A DNA stretch of 58,831 bases, filler included, from Sphacelaria rigidula (Eukaryota): the NCBI GenBank assembly GCA_964200075.2. It is 4 parts of 4 records of this genome, joined end to end, with 100 filler letters (N's around TTAATTAATTAA, not from the genome) between each part and the next. Parts side by side here need not be neighbours in the genome. Positions count along the whole stretch, not along the records: positions 29,473 to 44,102 come from CAXNAA020002134.1; positions 44,203 to 58,831 come from CAXNAA020002135.1; 2 more parts are not named here. The stretch is one strand, 5' to 3'. Below, piece by piece: positions 34,325 to 46,845 of the stretch. The notes below the pieces were generated by a model, which was not told where the DNA came from, did not search any database, and saw only the letters and a list, made by a program, of their open reading frames with translations. A program made the position numbers and the translations under genes. The first letter of the stretch is position 1. Each line of letters begins with the position of its first letter.

Positions 34325-37300
34325 TGCGTAGCATTCCTGTATTTTCCTCATCGCAGCAGTCGCGGAAGATTGGGGGCTTCGACTATCGTCGTGATGTCGT
34401 GATTCAGCACGTGAGGCCTCGGGTTGCCCGGGTGGATCCCTAGGTGATCTGTTGGCGTGCGACCAGCATAATCAAGGGCCCATGCACCCGTGACGAGGTT
34501 GATCTATTTCTTGCCAAGAGTTCCTCCCACACTATCGCCCGTTGTAGGGCTGGTGTTGTGTTGAGTGGTCCATTGCAGTGCCATGTATGCTCGAACCTGG
34601 TAAAATCCGCACGGATATTAGATATCATTGCCTTCTCTAGAACGCGTTGTCACAATATTCCATGATATCCCATTTTTATATCCTGATTTGGTATGTGCTC
34701 GTCTCCGGGATAGTGAAAAGCTACTTCTCTCCTCATGCCCGTCAGTGACGATCAGCTTGACGCCATATATTTTCTGCTGGACACGGGCTCGAGGCACCAC
34801 AGTGAGAACATCATAGACAATCAATCGCTCTCCCGTGGACAAATTGTTGAAATGGTTCCCGCTTTTTCTTCTGACCATGGTAAAGTTTGACGCCGTCCGT
34901 CGCCCGCAGCCAACCAGGGATGGGCGGCATGTGCAACCACGGACGCACTTCCTACTCCTCCCCAAAATAACACATCAGGAGCGTCGTGCGGTACTCTTGA
35001 GGGCTTTTCGCTATTCAACGGCTAGGGTCTTCAAACCTCATTTCATTGATGAACCTCATTTTATAGAATCCCCTGTTTTTTGTAGTAGCTTGCCACTGAG
35101 GCCCTTGATATCCCCGAGTGGGACATCGATGTGTAGCTGTAAACACACGCCAGTGATGGAGGCAAAGAGAAGCACACACGGAATGAAAATTGGCAAAGTT
35201 AAAGCGATTTATCAAAGACATTCTCAGTCAGCGCTCTACTCAATCTCACGAAAACGCTGTTGAGGGAGTAAAATGTCGAATAAGGACGAAAAGGAAATTT
35301 GCAGGATTTTTTTTCTTTTGCTGTAAGAAGCGGCCTTAGACCGCGAGGAGTCCATTTGAATCATGAATACCCTTCTTAAGTGAAATTGATGCCGGTTCAA
35401 TAGATGACCCACTCTCGCTGCCCATGTGTTGACACCGGTGAATGCGTTGGTCATGTTCTTTATTGCCCTCATGTTGGCGAAATTTGGGTTGATTGATCGA
35501 CTGATTGATTGATTGTGACACTTCAACTGACCTCCCAGGGATCCAGCAGTGGTCACATGATAGGCGTATCCAAGATGAAACGAAACTGAAACACTCGCTG
35601 AAGAAAAATGGAGGAACAGAACAAGTAGAACAGAAACAACTAGTACACGAAGATGTAAAAACAAAAATATTAATAATGGCGTTTCTCTGTCACACGGCTT
35701 CAGCGTACAAGATCTTGCGGAGAACCACACGCGTACCCGGACGTGAAAAGCAAAAGACCGTGGAAAGGAAAATATTGCAGCTCATCTACTACAAAGCGCT
35801 CTATTTAAGGTATGGGCTTTCTCATCTTTGAAGATGCGCAATGAAGCGAGATACCACATTGCTCTGGCGTACACCGGCAGGTGAAAGTGGGCATATCCGC
35901 GGAATGATTTCATGTGGGAGTATTTGGGATTGGGTAAATGGGTTTTGACTACCACGGTTTGCACAAGAGTACTTACTGTTTGTGTGTGGTCCTTCGGTGG
36001 ACGGGTCTTGAAATATTGTGTGCATGGGTGCAGAGCAACCGCTGTGGCATGGTTGCTCAGTAAAGTAGTCGTGCATGTTGATTCACTTCCTCTGTCTTGA
36101 CAAGTCAATTGCTTGCAACTGGATTTATCGTCGAAGCTCATGTTCCGCGGCGCGGCGAGCTGACAATGGCATTTCGCCTGCAACGCGAGGTATGCGCAAT
36201 ACTAGTACTGTATAGAGAGAGGACATCTGACCAGCGGATCGCCGTCTCGTGGAGACGGGGATCGATACAGTCACCGCGGTATGGCTTGTGCCAATCATGA
36301 AGCTCGAGTGTAAGTCGAAAATATTGAGATTTGAAACCATAACCAAGCAATTGATCTACCCCCATTTTGTCGACACCGAGGTACACTGAAAGGAGCAAGC
36401 AAAAAAAGGATATGTATGTGCTATACTACTATGGCAACTTCAACGAGTACTACAGGCTAACGATACATGTGCATGCCCCCTCCTCATTACTCCACTGGTT
36501 ACAGTGTCGTCGCTGGCGACCCCCCCAAACCCACCATTGCGAGGTCAATGGTGTTAAGACTATGGCATGCATGATCATGAGTACACCCAAACCCACCATG
36601 ATTGGTGGCAGTTTCATGAGCGGTGTGCTGCTGTTAACGACGCCACCACGTGAGCCCAAACTGCCAGCTGCAAACCCGAAAATCTCGGCATGTCAGCACA
36701 AACCATGCCTTCACTATTTGCATGGTACATTTCTGGTGAATGTGATTGCCGCACAACAAGCATCCATCAGCGCTTGGGAGCGGTGTGATAGATTTTGTCA
36801 GCATTGTTTCTGCCTTCCCACAGAACTGCAGCACAGGCGCCGGCCACCCCTATTCCAAGTGCAACTACCACTGCGGCACGAGTGCACTTCAAGTTACTAG
36901 CACGGTGCCCCTGGTTGGACTGATCACCATTGGCCATGAACAGCTCCTCAGCATGGGGTTTGTGATCCCGACTGCCAAACCTCCCGCTGGACGGAGCAAA
37001 GGGAAGTCGACTTAGACGGGTGCATTCCGTGGGGTCTTCAGGAGGGTCGACGACCGTTAGTTGATTTTTCGGTCCGATGCCTGTTTTGAGGAACTCGATG
37101 CTCGTCTGCAGGCAGGATTGGAAATAAAACAACAAAATACGGCACTTTGTTGGTTGGTACGTCCGGCGAACAATACGTCGATCACATCGTGTGATTTTCC
37201 TGTGCTTGGGTTGTGCGGTTCACATCTCAAGAGTTGTTTTTGGATGGGGACTTCGACTCCGCCCGTCTTGCATAATCGTCAGCAATGCTCACACTCGCGT

Positions 37301-39269
37301 ACGGAACAAGAAACCTTTTTTGTTTTCATCCTGATCTACCATTCACTACGCAAACACACACGCTTGCGCACACATCTGACAGCAACGGTTTCTGCATTGT
37401 TTACTTGACCGAGCGTTCGCCCCAGTGTACGCCGTAAAAGCTGTTGTTATATTTATACATGGTACCTTGATGTGTACTAAACTAGACACAAACGCTTGTT
37501 TGAAATAAATGTCTCGAAACTCTATGCTTTGTGACTCGATCGGTACGAAAAAAGATCGCTTCTTTTGTGGATTCACCTCGATTGCATGGGCACGGGCCCA
37601 GTCCTTCTCAAAGAAAATCTCGTGGTACGTAGTCGAATACCGTATCCTCCTGCAGTCCTTCGCCAACCGGCAGAGCTTGCTGTTGCCATCATGTTGAAAA
37701 ATATGAAAAACGCAAAAGCAAGGACGAGAACACAGTGCGTGTCGACGATGCACCAGGCTGTGGATAAGTGCAGTGCTTCAATGTTTAGACATCTGGCCCA
37801 TTGCCGTTCTCGACGTATACTTGATTGAGCGACTGAGGGCTTCTCCTGCGTTTTGCGACGTTAGTTCTTTTCAGGAAAGAACAAAAAAACGTGTTTTCGC
37901 CATATGTCAGTGTCGAGCGAACGCCGATGCCATCTCGAACAGCCAAGCTTCTCGGCAAAGAAGCGTCATGGCTACCGTGGCTTACGGGGGATATCAGACG
38001 CGAAATGTTTCGACTTCAAGTTTTGAAAAAGAAGTTAGAAGATTTTGCATAAATAATTATGGCCTAGTGCATGTTCCGATTCGGGTGTCTATCGAGCAAA
38101 ACCTATTTCCCGGCATCGTTACATTGAATCTACGTTGGTACAGCTGTCGTGAAGGATATGGTATCATATGCTGCAGAATATAATATTATCAATGTCTTCA
38201 TCCTCGTACAGTCATCTACTCACCTGAGAGAGATATTAGCCCCGTGGAGAACACCCGCAGGTGGACACCCGAATCTGGTGTCATGTTTCAGGTAAAACAA
38301 ATTCCGACGAAACAAATGAACACCCCCGGGCTGCCGCGAAGTATTCGGCATACATCGAACGTGTGCGAAGCTAGATTTTTGGAGCTTGATCCGCGCCCGA
38401 CTATCGACTTACATTTCCCGCATGTGAGGAGACGAAAGTCGGTGTGGGGTTTGTGTAGGAAATTGAACCACACTGGCCGAGAACGTATGAACCACGCACG
38501 GACTACAGTGGTGTGTGCTGGTAATATCCTGTTTCATTCATTTTTTAGCACAGACGCTCTACTGTGCTTCATGCCCATCGGCCTGTCCTCATGCATTTTA
38601 CCCGAAGATGCGCCCTTTGGAGACTCACGAGAGTTTTTCAAGAGCGCGTACTGCGTTGCTCTTTAAAATCGTCAGTGTACGAGTAAACAATCTAGCATAC
38701 TGCTTGAGTCGCGTGCACGTCAAGGGCGACACGCGCACGCTAACCCTGTCCCAGCCTTTTTTCGTACCATACGGTTTCGCGTCGAGACGTATTGTTGTAT
38801 TCCATGATGGTTTGAGATGCGGCAGCTTGGTGGATGAAGAATCCACCCGAGACCTCAATCCGGGGGTATCTAGACACACAATATCTCGAGTAATTGAAGT
38901 TCAGTACGAGCTGGGTCAACAGTGTATCCCGCATTTACAAGTACCACCATAACTCGTCAAGTTTACTAAATCAGTTCGACTTGAGCATATCGCCGTGAAC
39001 TACAGGTAATGCACGGCACCGCAGCTGGTCGACTGGCGAAGTTTTGGCGATGATGTTTTTGTCCTGCATTGAGTACCGGGAACGTCTCATGTCGTTGAGT
39101 TATAGCGTGTCTGGAGACGTTTCCTTTCACGAAATACGGTGAAATACATCATCGCCAAAACTTCGCCAGTCGACCTGGAGACGTTTCCTTTCACGAAATA
39201 CGGTGAAATTACGGTAGGGAATTGCGCCGCACAGGCACGCGTTGACTCACACTGGTACGAGAAGTGCTG

Positions 39270-42200
39270 CAAGATGGCATCAAGGTCGTCAACAGCTCCA
39301 TCATGGGAGAGAACCGATTCCTCACATAGATGAAGTCTTCGATTCCCTAGGCGACGGGAAAATATTCAGCACCTTCGACCTCGGTTCTGGATTTTTCCAG
39401 AATGCCATTTACCCTGACACAGTTCCATTGTGAGCGATCTGTACATTTTTCGGGCTCTACGAATGGCACCGAATGCCACAAGGCGCCGCCACTGCACCAG
39501 ATTGTTTCCAATGATGAATGCAACGTGTAACTGAGGGCCTCGAGCATGTCATGATGTACTTGGACGATGATATCGCCTTCGATGCCTCTCCTACGGCGCA
39601 TGTCCGCACTTTACGAGAGTTTCTTTCTCGCCTACGGACGCACGATTTGAAATTGTCCCCTTCCAAAGCTCGCCTTGACGCGACTGGATTTAATTTCCCG
39701 GGTCGTTTAACTTCATCAGCCGGCCTACACCCGGATACCAACAAAACGTCAGGGCAATGATTGAAATGCCCATGCCTGCCAACATTTCCCAGCTTCGCTC
39801 ATTGTTGGGTGAACTTTAATACTATCTCAATTTATCGCCAAATCTGTCCAAACGGATCCGTCCCATTTTCGACTTGCTTCGAAAAGGCGTCGCATTTGCC
39901 TTCACTATAGATTTGGAGACTATTATTCGCGATTTGTTAAAAACGCATACTGAAAAAAACGATCCTCGGTGTTGCAGACTGGGGTGCAGTCCAAGATGGC
40001 TCTCGCCTCTCCCAACTGCACACAGACGTCTCCATCGACGGGTTTGGTGCGGTGTTGAATCAACCTCAACTTGATGGCTCTGTCCGACCCATCCTTTATA
40101 TCAGCCGTGCCACCCTGCCAAACAAGGTCGACTGGAGTCCACTAGAGTCGGAAGGCGGAGTCATTATTTTGGCTATAAAGCGCCTTCGAGTTTATTTGCT
40201 CCACGTGCCTTTCCAAATTTACACGGGTCACGGAGCACTCGAACAACTCGCCAAGGTAGGCGAATGTAATCTGCGTGTGGAACGCTGGCTGGAGTTTCTG
40301 ACAGCTCATCATCAGCACACTGTCAAATCCCGCCCAGGCAAACCAAAGGGGATGCTGAGCTTCTCTTCTGCCTGCCCCTTCCCTCAACGGCCGTAGACTT
40401 CAACCCAGCTTGCCGATTAAGTGAACCCGATGAACCAGGTGTCTACCCAACCCGGCGTTTCTCAATGCCCATTTACGCCCTTGACCTTCATTGCCCAGAG
40501 ACGGGTATGCACATAGGCGGCCCTCGCCCCCTACCGTATGATGCAGTCTTGGGTGGGCTAAAACCCACAGACGCCGATTTCGTCGATTTCTGCTCTATCG
40601 GCCCCCGCGCGAACATTTCAGTTCCGCCGCCCCCCATTATTCATCTCATTTCTGACAATACGCTCCCTTGGTCTGCCGCCCACGCCAACCCCCCCCGCGC
40701 CACGCCGCCACCGACAACACCTACCGCTCCCTCGAGCAACGTAGAACCGGCTCCCCGCAAAAGCGCACCATGAGCCTCGTCAACACCCGCCACGCGCAAT
40801 GCACGCAACAAGCGCCGATCGCGTTCTCCGGCGCGCACTACTTCGACAACGCCGCCCTCCGCGGCACCGTCAGTGCCCACCCCTTCTGATGGTGGAATGG
40901 ACACCTCCGCCCCTGATCCCGATGTGGATATTGACGTTGGCACTTCCGCCCCGTCCCCTGTCCCACCTCTCGCTGAGCCACCATGCCTGGTCGGCTCTCA
41001 GGCGGAAGGTCAACTTCGCGAGTCCTTTGCCAGTTACTCCCATCGTGATTGAGCTTGTGAACAACACGCAGAACCATTTTGCCGCGCTACCATGCGCTAC
41101 TCACAACTTGACTGCCCTGTCCCTATCCCGACCACTGTTCTGGCCCCGGTTGGTACGCTGCGACCACCAAACGCTCCTGGTGTGTATGATCTTGCACACG
41201 TAGGTACTACGTTTACCACTGATGACAGTGTCCACCTGCTTGTCCGACGCCCCACGCCCCAGCCGGGTGCAATTTCAGACGCGACAACTGAAGGTCATGC
41301 ATCCCTCCTCGATGATTAACCCACCCGGATAAATGTCCCATTTTTGATGCGACCGTGGGTCATGAAAGGCTGTCACACTGACTTGTCTTGCCACCTTGGT
41401 GTAACGCGCACACTAGCGCTACTGGGGCGTTTCTAGTGGTGGATGGGTATAGATGTGTTCACCCGTTTATGGATTCGGCGATGCTTCAAATATCAAGCTC
41501 GCGAAACTTCACGACAGACAATACGTTGGCCCGTCATTACTGTCGCACTTCCCAACGTCACTGGTTACCTCGTGTCTTTTTACCAATTCGATCACAAATC
41601 GTGGCAGTACGTACGTTTTACACTTCACTGACCGCTTCAGCGGTCATGCGTCCATGTACGTAGTCACCGCTGGAGACTTCACAGCGGCAGGAACAGCTAA
41701 TACCCTCGTTCGCGACTAGATTAAGCATTATCGTTGCCCGAAACGCCTTCTCTCCGATAACGGTCCAAACGTTTGCTCCGACCTCTCGGACGAACTATGG
41801 AAGCTCCTGGGCATTCACAAGATTGCCACGAGCGCCCACCACCCCAATGGCAACGGTGGCACTGACAGAGTTCATCACACCATGGAACGGTCGTCAAAAC
41901 GATTAGGATCTCCATCACTTCTCATATCATGCTGTCTTACAAGAACTCGGTCAACGCCGCTACCAGTCTCGCTCCGAACGGGTTATATCTCGGACGCTAT
42001 CCCCGATTGCCCATCACCGTGTTTGAGAGAAACCCCTTCGATGGCCACCAAGGCCTGGATGAGGATCAGACATCCTACCATGACCTGGAGCGTGCACGTC
42101 AGCACAAACGTTTCACCCTCGTACGTGCTCAGCAGGCTATTAACGCTTCGAGCTTTGAGAGGTCCGACTCTCTACAATCTGATGCACAAACGCCTTACTT

Positions 42201-43240
42201 GGAAGGTTGGCGATTGGGTCTGGGTTCACAACAGTCTGTCGACCATCCGCCAAGGCAACGACAAAGCCGCCAAAGAGATAGCCTCAAAGACTCAAATATC
42301 CCTTCATTGGACAGGGTCATTCAAGATTCTGACAGTAGGGCCCTCGCCATCTTCACCTGCTGGCGATCCTGTTGGCAACAAACTTCTTCATCTCGATCTC
42401 GCTTCGTGATTGTCAGGGACATGACGCCAAATCTCGCGTCTCTGTGCACCGTTGCAAACCTTGCATAAACCCGCATGACACTAGCGACATGCCCGAATAT
42501 CTGCCTTCCGGTCTTCCACAATACGTGCTTAATAGCTATTCGACCAAGGCACCGCCTCATCACGTTACTACTGACGACGTGACGGAACAAACCCTCCGGC
42601 CAGCCGTGTCCCACATCTCTGGTCAACAGATCGCTCGCGGTCGAGGAGGTAAGATTGCTGTCATGTACAAAGCTCACTGGAAAGGCCTTCGGAGAGCGTC
42701 CTGGGAACGTGAATCCTGTCTTTAGCTGCACCGCCGAGCTATTCTCCTGTACTGGACACAACCTCAGCAGCAAACGCTTGCTACCAAGAAACACTGCAAT
42801 ATGCGCCGCGGCGCAGCAGCACGCAAACTCCACCATGACAAAGGCTTGCGCTTTGTCGCCGATGGCTATGAATTGGTAGCCACCAAGCATTGGGAAGACA
42901 AGATCCGCGCGAAACAGGAAGTCCTCCCTAAAGGCGTCTATTTGTGAAACAAAGGCAGTGACCACCTCCGGTGACTGGGCCAGACCCACTCCACAGACCT
43001 GAGCGCGCCTGACACGTATATCGTGTGCTTCATCAATGATCCTGGACCCGTGCAGCTCAAGCTCCGCCTAGAGCTATATAGCACCAGTCCATCCGCACCA
43101 CGAGGATCTTGGTGCCTCCAGCGGCTCGGGTCCCAAGGCCCCCGCCGCGAACTCCAACACAATACCGATCGCACATACGATGTCAACGCACAGCTTCGAG
43201 CTTTCACATATCCTGTTCCCCCCCACGAAATTTCCTTCTT
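39270..43240 (+). mobile_element. pol: 5'-truncated degenerate Ty3/Gypsy pol (RT-RH-IN-chromo-like), same family as 14737-26304 in opposite orientation
   Basis: PHIDEVFDSLGDGKIFSTFDLGSGFFQ, MMYLDDD, VRPILYISRATLPN, YLGRYPRLP, WTGSF, KAHWKGLRRASWERE; collinear with the minus-strand copy. Confidence 0.95.
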
Positions 43241-44030
43241 TTTTTCTCCCCCCATCGTACAAACCCCCCCCCCCTCTTCTCCGTGTTGAAAGGGATGACT
43301 GGTCAATGGTCAAACGACTAAGGCAAGCAACAAATCAGTACGCAAGTGTCACAAATCAGTGGTATAGAGCAGCGGTTTAAGGTTTGTGTGTGTATATATA
43401 TAGCAATTACTTAATTTATATTTTTTGCCGTTGAAGAGCCTCGGATGCAGGTGCACTTTTTTCACTTGGTTCTAGAGTACGGCTGAACGGCTTCCCCACA
43501 AGCTCTGAGAGGCCAGCATTTGCTCACACTTGATTTTATAGTACGGCGAACGGGGTCATTTCGTTCTCTCAAGCTCGGACACAGCAGCATTGCATGATTC
43601 CCTTTCAGGAGGTTTCGGGAGCATCGCTCCCACGGCAGTGCTCTGCATGGTGTTTTCCGTCTTCTTTCCTCGCCATGGCGGTAGACGCTTCGTGCGCCCA
43701 TGTCACACCGCACACAGGACTGTCAGAATCGTTCCCACAGAGGCTCTGAGACAGGTGCACTTTTTCATTTGCTTTTAGAATACGGTGAAACGGGGTCTCT
43801 TTGTGACCCTTTGACCGTCGGAGATGCCACCTCTTATCGTATACAGGTCACTTGAAAATTGAGTCGCGGAACGACTCTCCGTCCAACCTCAGCGCACACC
43901 GGAAGCATGTTGTGATCTTCCCCGCATGTCGTTCCCTTTTCCTGTCTATGCTGCTGCTTTTGCTCTGCCATACATGCGTTTTTTCGTCATGAGGTGCCGG
44001 CTTCTATTTTTCATGTTTTAGTCGGTAGAC

Positions 44031-44102
44031 GGTCGCTCTGGTGGCTCAGTTGGTAACCCCAAAACCTTATGGCGGTTGGGTCGTCGGTTCGAACCTTAGT
44101 GC
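44031..44102 (+). mobile_element. tRNA-derived SINE head (truncated by the gap)
   Basis: A box TGGCTCAGTTGG and B box GGTTCGAACC, with no valid anticodon arm; copies at 56489 and 58773. Confidence 0.7.
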
Positions 44103-44202
44103 NNNNNNNNNNNNNNNNNNNNNNNNNNNNNNNNNNNNNNNNNNNNTTAATTAATTAANNNNNNNNNNNNNNNNNNNNNNNNNNNNNNNNNNNNNNNNNN
44201 NN
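44103..44202. other. Assembly gap: 100-nt N spacer with TTAATTAATTAA linker
   Basis: Artificial spacer. Confidence 0.98.
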
Positions 44203-45159
44203 CCCCCCCCCCCCAAGAATGTCTATCTCGGCGATTCAGCACCGACTTCCGACGGAACAAGTGGATTGTGGCGCCTCGAAAAGACTTGCTGTGTTTTCTT
44301 AAAGGATCCCAGCACGCATTAAATGCCGGTGAATTACTGGTTCGATCCAACCTATTATATTAGCATGTATACTTTACTCTATCCAACCTAACGTTTCATT
44401 TCACTCGCTTTTCGTTTTTACCTTCTATATCGTTATTGTCTGGTGTTTTTTGTCAACAGGAGCGAGATGAAGTAATCGTCACTATGGCCGCCGTGGAAAA
44501 GGAAGAGAGTTCTCTACTTCGACAAGCTTCGAGAGATCGAGCTCTTCCTGCAGGTGCGATCTACAGATGGCTGTCCGAATAGTGTCACCCGCTCCTTACT
44601 TGCTCTTTATACTCCGGCATTATAATTGTTTTGTTCACGAGCTCGTGCAGGGATTGAGCAACTGGATCGTTTTGTCCACCCCTGCCTCTATCGTACTCGG
44701 TGTGTGTGTCGCCATCACCCAGCTACAGTAGCGCCATGTTGACCTTAACGGATTTTGTCAAGAGTAAGAATCGCCTGCCATTTTCGATCGCTCTACAACA
44801 GTTTCGACCGCGTTTATGCTCCAGCTATCTAGTGTTGTCTTCATTTTGCGAACGTAACAGCAATGAATAACCAATCGTGCGTCATTTCTCGGATTGTCTT
44901 CTAACGGTACTCCTGCTACTGTCTGTATACTCAATTTAGCTGGGCCGGCCTAAAACTGAAAAACCTTCCACCGTACATATCTCGCATCTCAAGAACCACG
45001 GCGACCGATCGCCAAGTATACATATTCCTGTGATCGGGAGATCGCCTCGCGTGTTCTCCGACAGCTCTTCATGTACTCAAGGGAACTCACACGAAGTGAA
45101 AGATCGTGTGCAGAAAATATACTGGGCCAAGTACCGGGAAAACCGCAGTATAACAGGCA

Positions 45160-46845
45160 GAGTGTCACGGTTGGGGTGTAGAGAACGTACGTCGATCCCC
45201 GCCATATACTTTTATTTTTTCTTAAAGTGTATGCTTATGACTTTCACCGTCGAGAGAGTGAGGGCGTGAAGAGAGATAGCTGGGTCAATCCCGTGAGACC
45301 ACGGCTTCGTCTCGGGGAAGGGGAGGGGCTAAGAGTGTCACGAGGGAACAAAAAGCTAGAGTTCCAAGGGTATGTCGAAAGAATATTCCTGAACACGTAT
45401 GTCCCAAGGTCGCGAATTCGAGTTTTTGAGGGGGAGGGGAAGGAGACACCCAGCCTGTTGTCCCCTAATTTGTTGCCGAGGCGTTGGCCGGTGCGGTCAG
45501 CTACCTTCTATGGAGATACTTGGCATGAATACCGCTGAAATGACGGACACACCGCCCCCCCAAGCCCATCACTTGATATGATTGCGTTTATGGGATCATG
45601 CTCCGTGTCATGGACCTAGAGTACCTATCAGTAGTTCGGGAACGTTTGGCGGGGCGTACGATAAAGTTACTACTTTGGCTGCAGGCTGTCGCTACCGTGC
45701 GCTCGTGCGTATACATGTGTGAGGGTGGCCGGTATCCGAGGTCATCGGGACAGTAGAGCGAGGAAGGAGCAAAAGCAAATATACGAACCTCGCGAAGCCC
45801 ACCAGTCTTTTCGTTTTTTCAGTGTTTCTTGATAAATTCCTTCGATAAGATTGGCGAGAAAAACGTTTATGGCAATTTTCGAAAAATTGGCCTCCGGGAG
45901 GGGGTGAGGGGCTTCGTGTCCGGAAATCTTTCCCGACAGACCCTTGAGTGTGCCGATGATATACCACGTCAAGTAGTGCACGCGCCCAAATATTCGCCAG
46001 GAGGAAAGTGCCGATGCTTGTGCCATGTATGATTGCATTGACGGGGTGATGAAATATCTTGACGTCTGCGCAGCGTGACGTTAACTACTGAGTCGGCGGC
46101 ATCTGCATGCACGAGTCCCTCACTCCTGCCAGGCGCGTTGCACGTTGTGAACTACACATATAATAGCACTCCCCTGGCTGCTACGCGTCTTTTCGGCACA
46201 ATAATATGCTGGGAACTTCATTGTCTCATCAGAGCTGCCGTGCGTAAAAAGTCGGCAGCACTATCTTCTGCAGTGTGCCACTTCTGTTTGCAAATCTCGC
46301 AAGGATATTGCAACGGGTTCGGCACCAGAGAGATCCCCGAAAAATATTGTTCCGAAAGGGGATTTGGTGGCCAAGGTGTTGCAACGTGTTGTGCAGGAAG
46401 TACGACGCACCTGGTGGAAGTTCAGGACTCGTGCATATAGATACCGTCGACCCAGGTAGGTAATTTCTCGCTGCGCAGACGTCAAGATATCTCATCGTCC
46501 CATCAATGCCATCATACGTGGCACAATCGCCGGCACATTCGTCCCGGGGAACATTTGAGCACGTGATGTACTTGACCTAATATATTGTCGGCACAGTAGG
46601 TCTTTTGTTTTGCTGCACTTTATTGGCACACGCCTTTTTTTGTTTGTCACACTCTAAGCCCCTCCCCCTCCTCGGGACGAGTCTGCGGTCTCTATAGGGA
46701 CCAAACCATCTCCCCTCACGTCCTCAGGCTTTCGAGAGTGGGAATCATACATTCCGAAGGAAAAAATATGAGTACATGGCGGGAATAGAACCCCCATTCT
46801 CAACACCCTGATGGCGACAGTATGACCAGTAGACCACCGGTGGAG
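45160..46845. mobile_element. Composite foldback element: outer arms ~45160-45340 / 46648-46830, inner arms 45950-46076 / 46469-46594; outer arm has a tRNA-like end
   Basis: ggggaggggctaagagtgt vs acactctaagcccctcccc; atatcttgacgtctgcgcagcg vs cgctgcgcagacgtcaagatat. The tRNA-like end (ggcgggaatagaaccc...tggcgacagt..gacca) recurs at 55225-55295. Confidence 0.75.

Noticed and set aside
44031-44102. tRNA gene
   Set aside because: It has A/B boxes but no proper anticodon stem or acceptor pairing, and it recurs as a diverged dispersed repeat.
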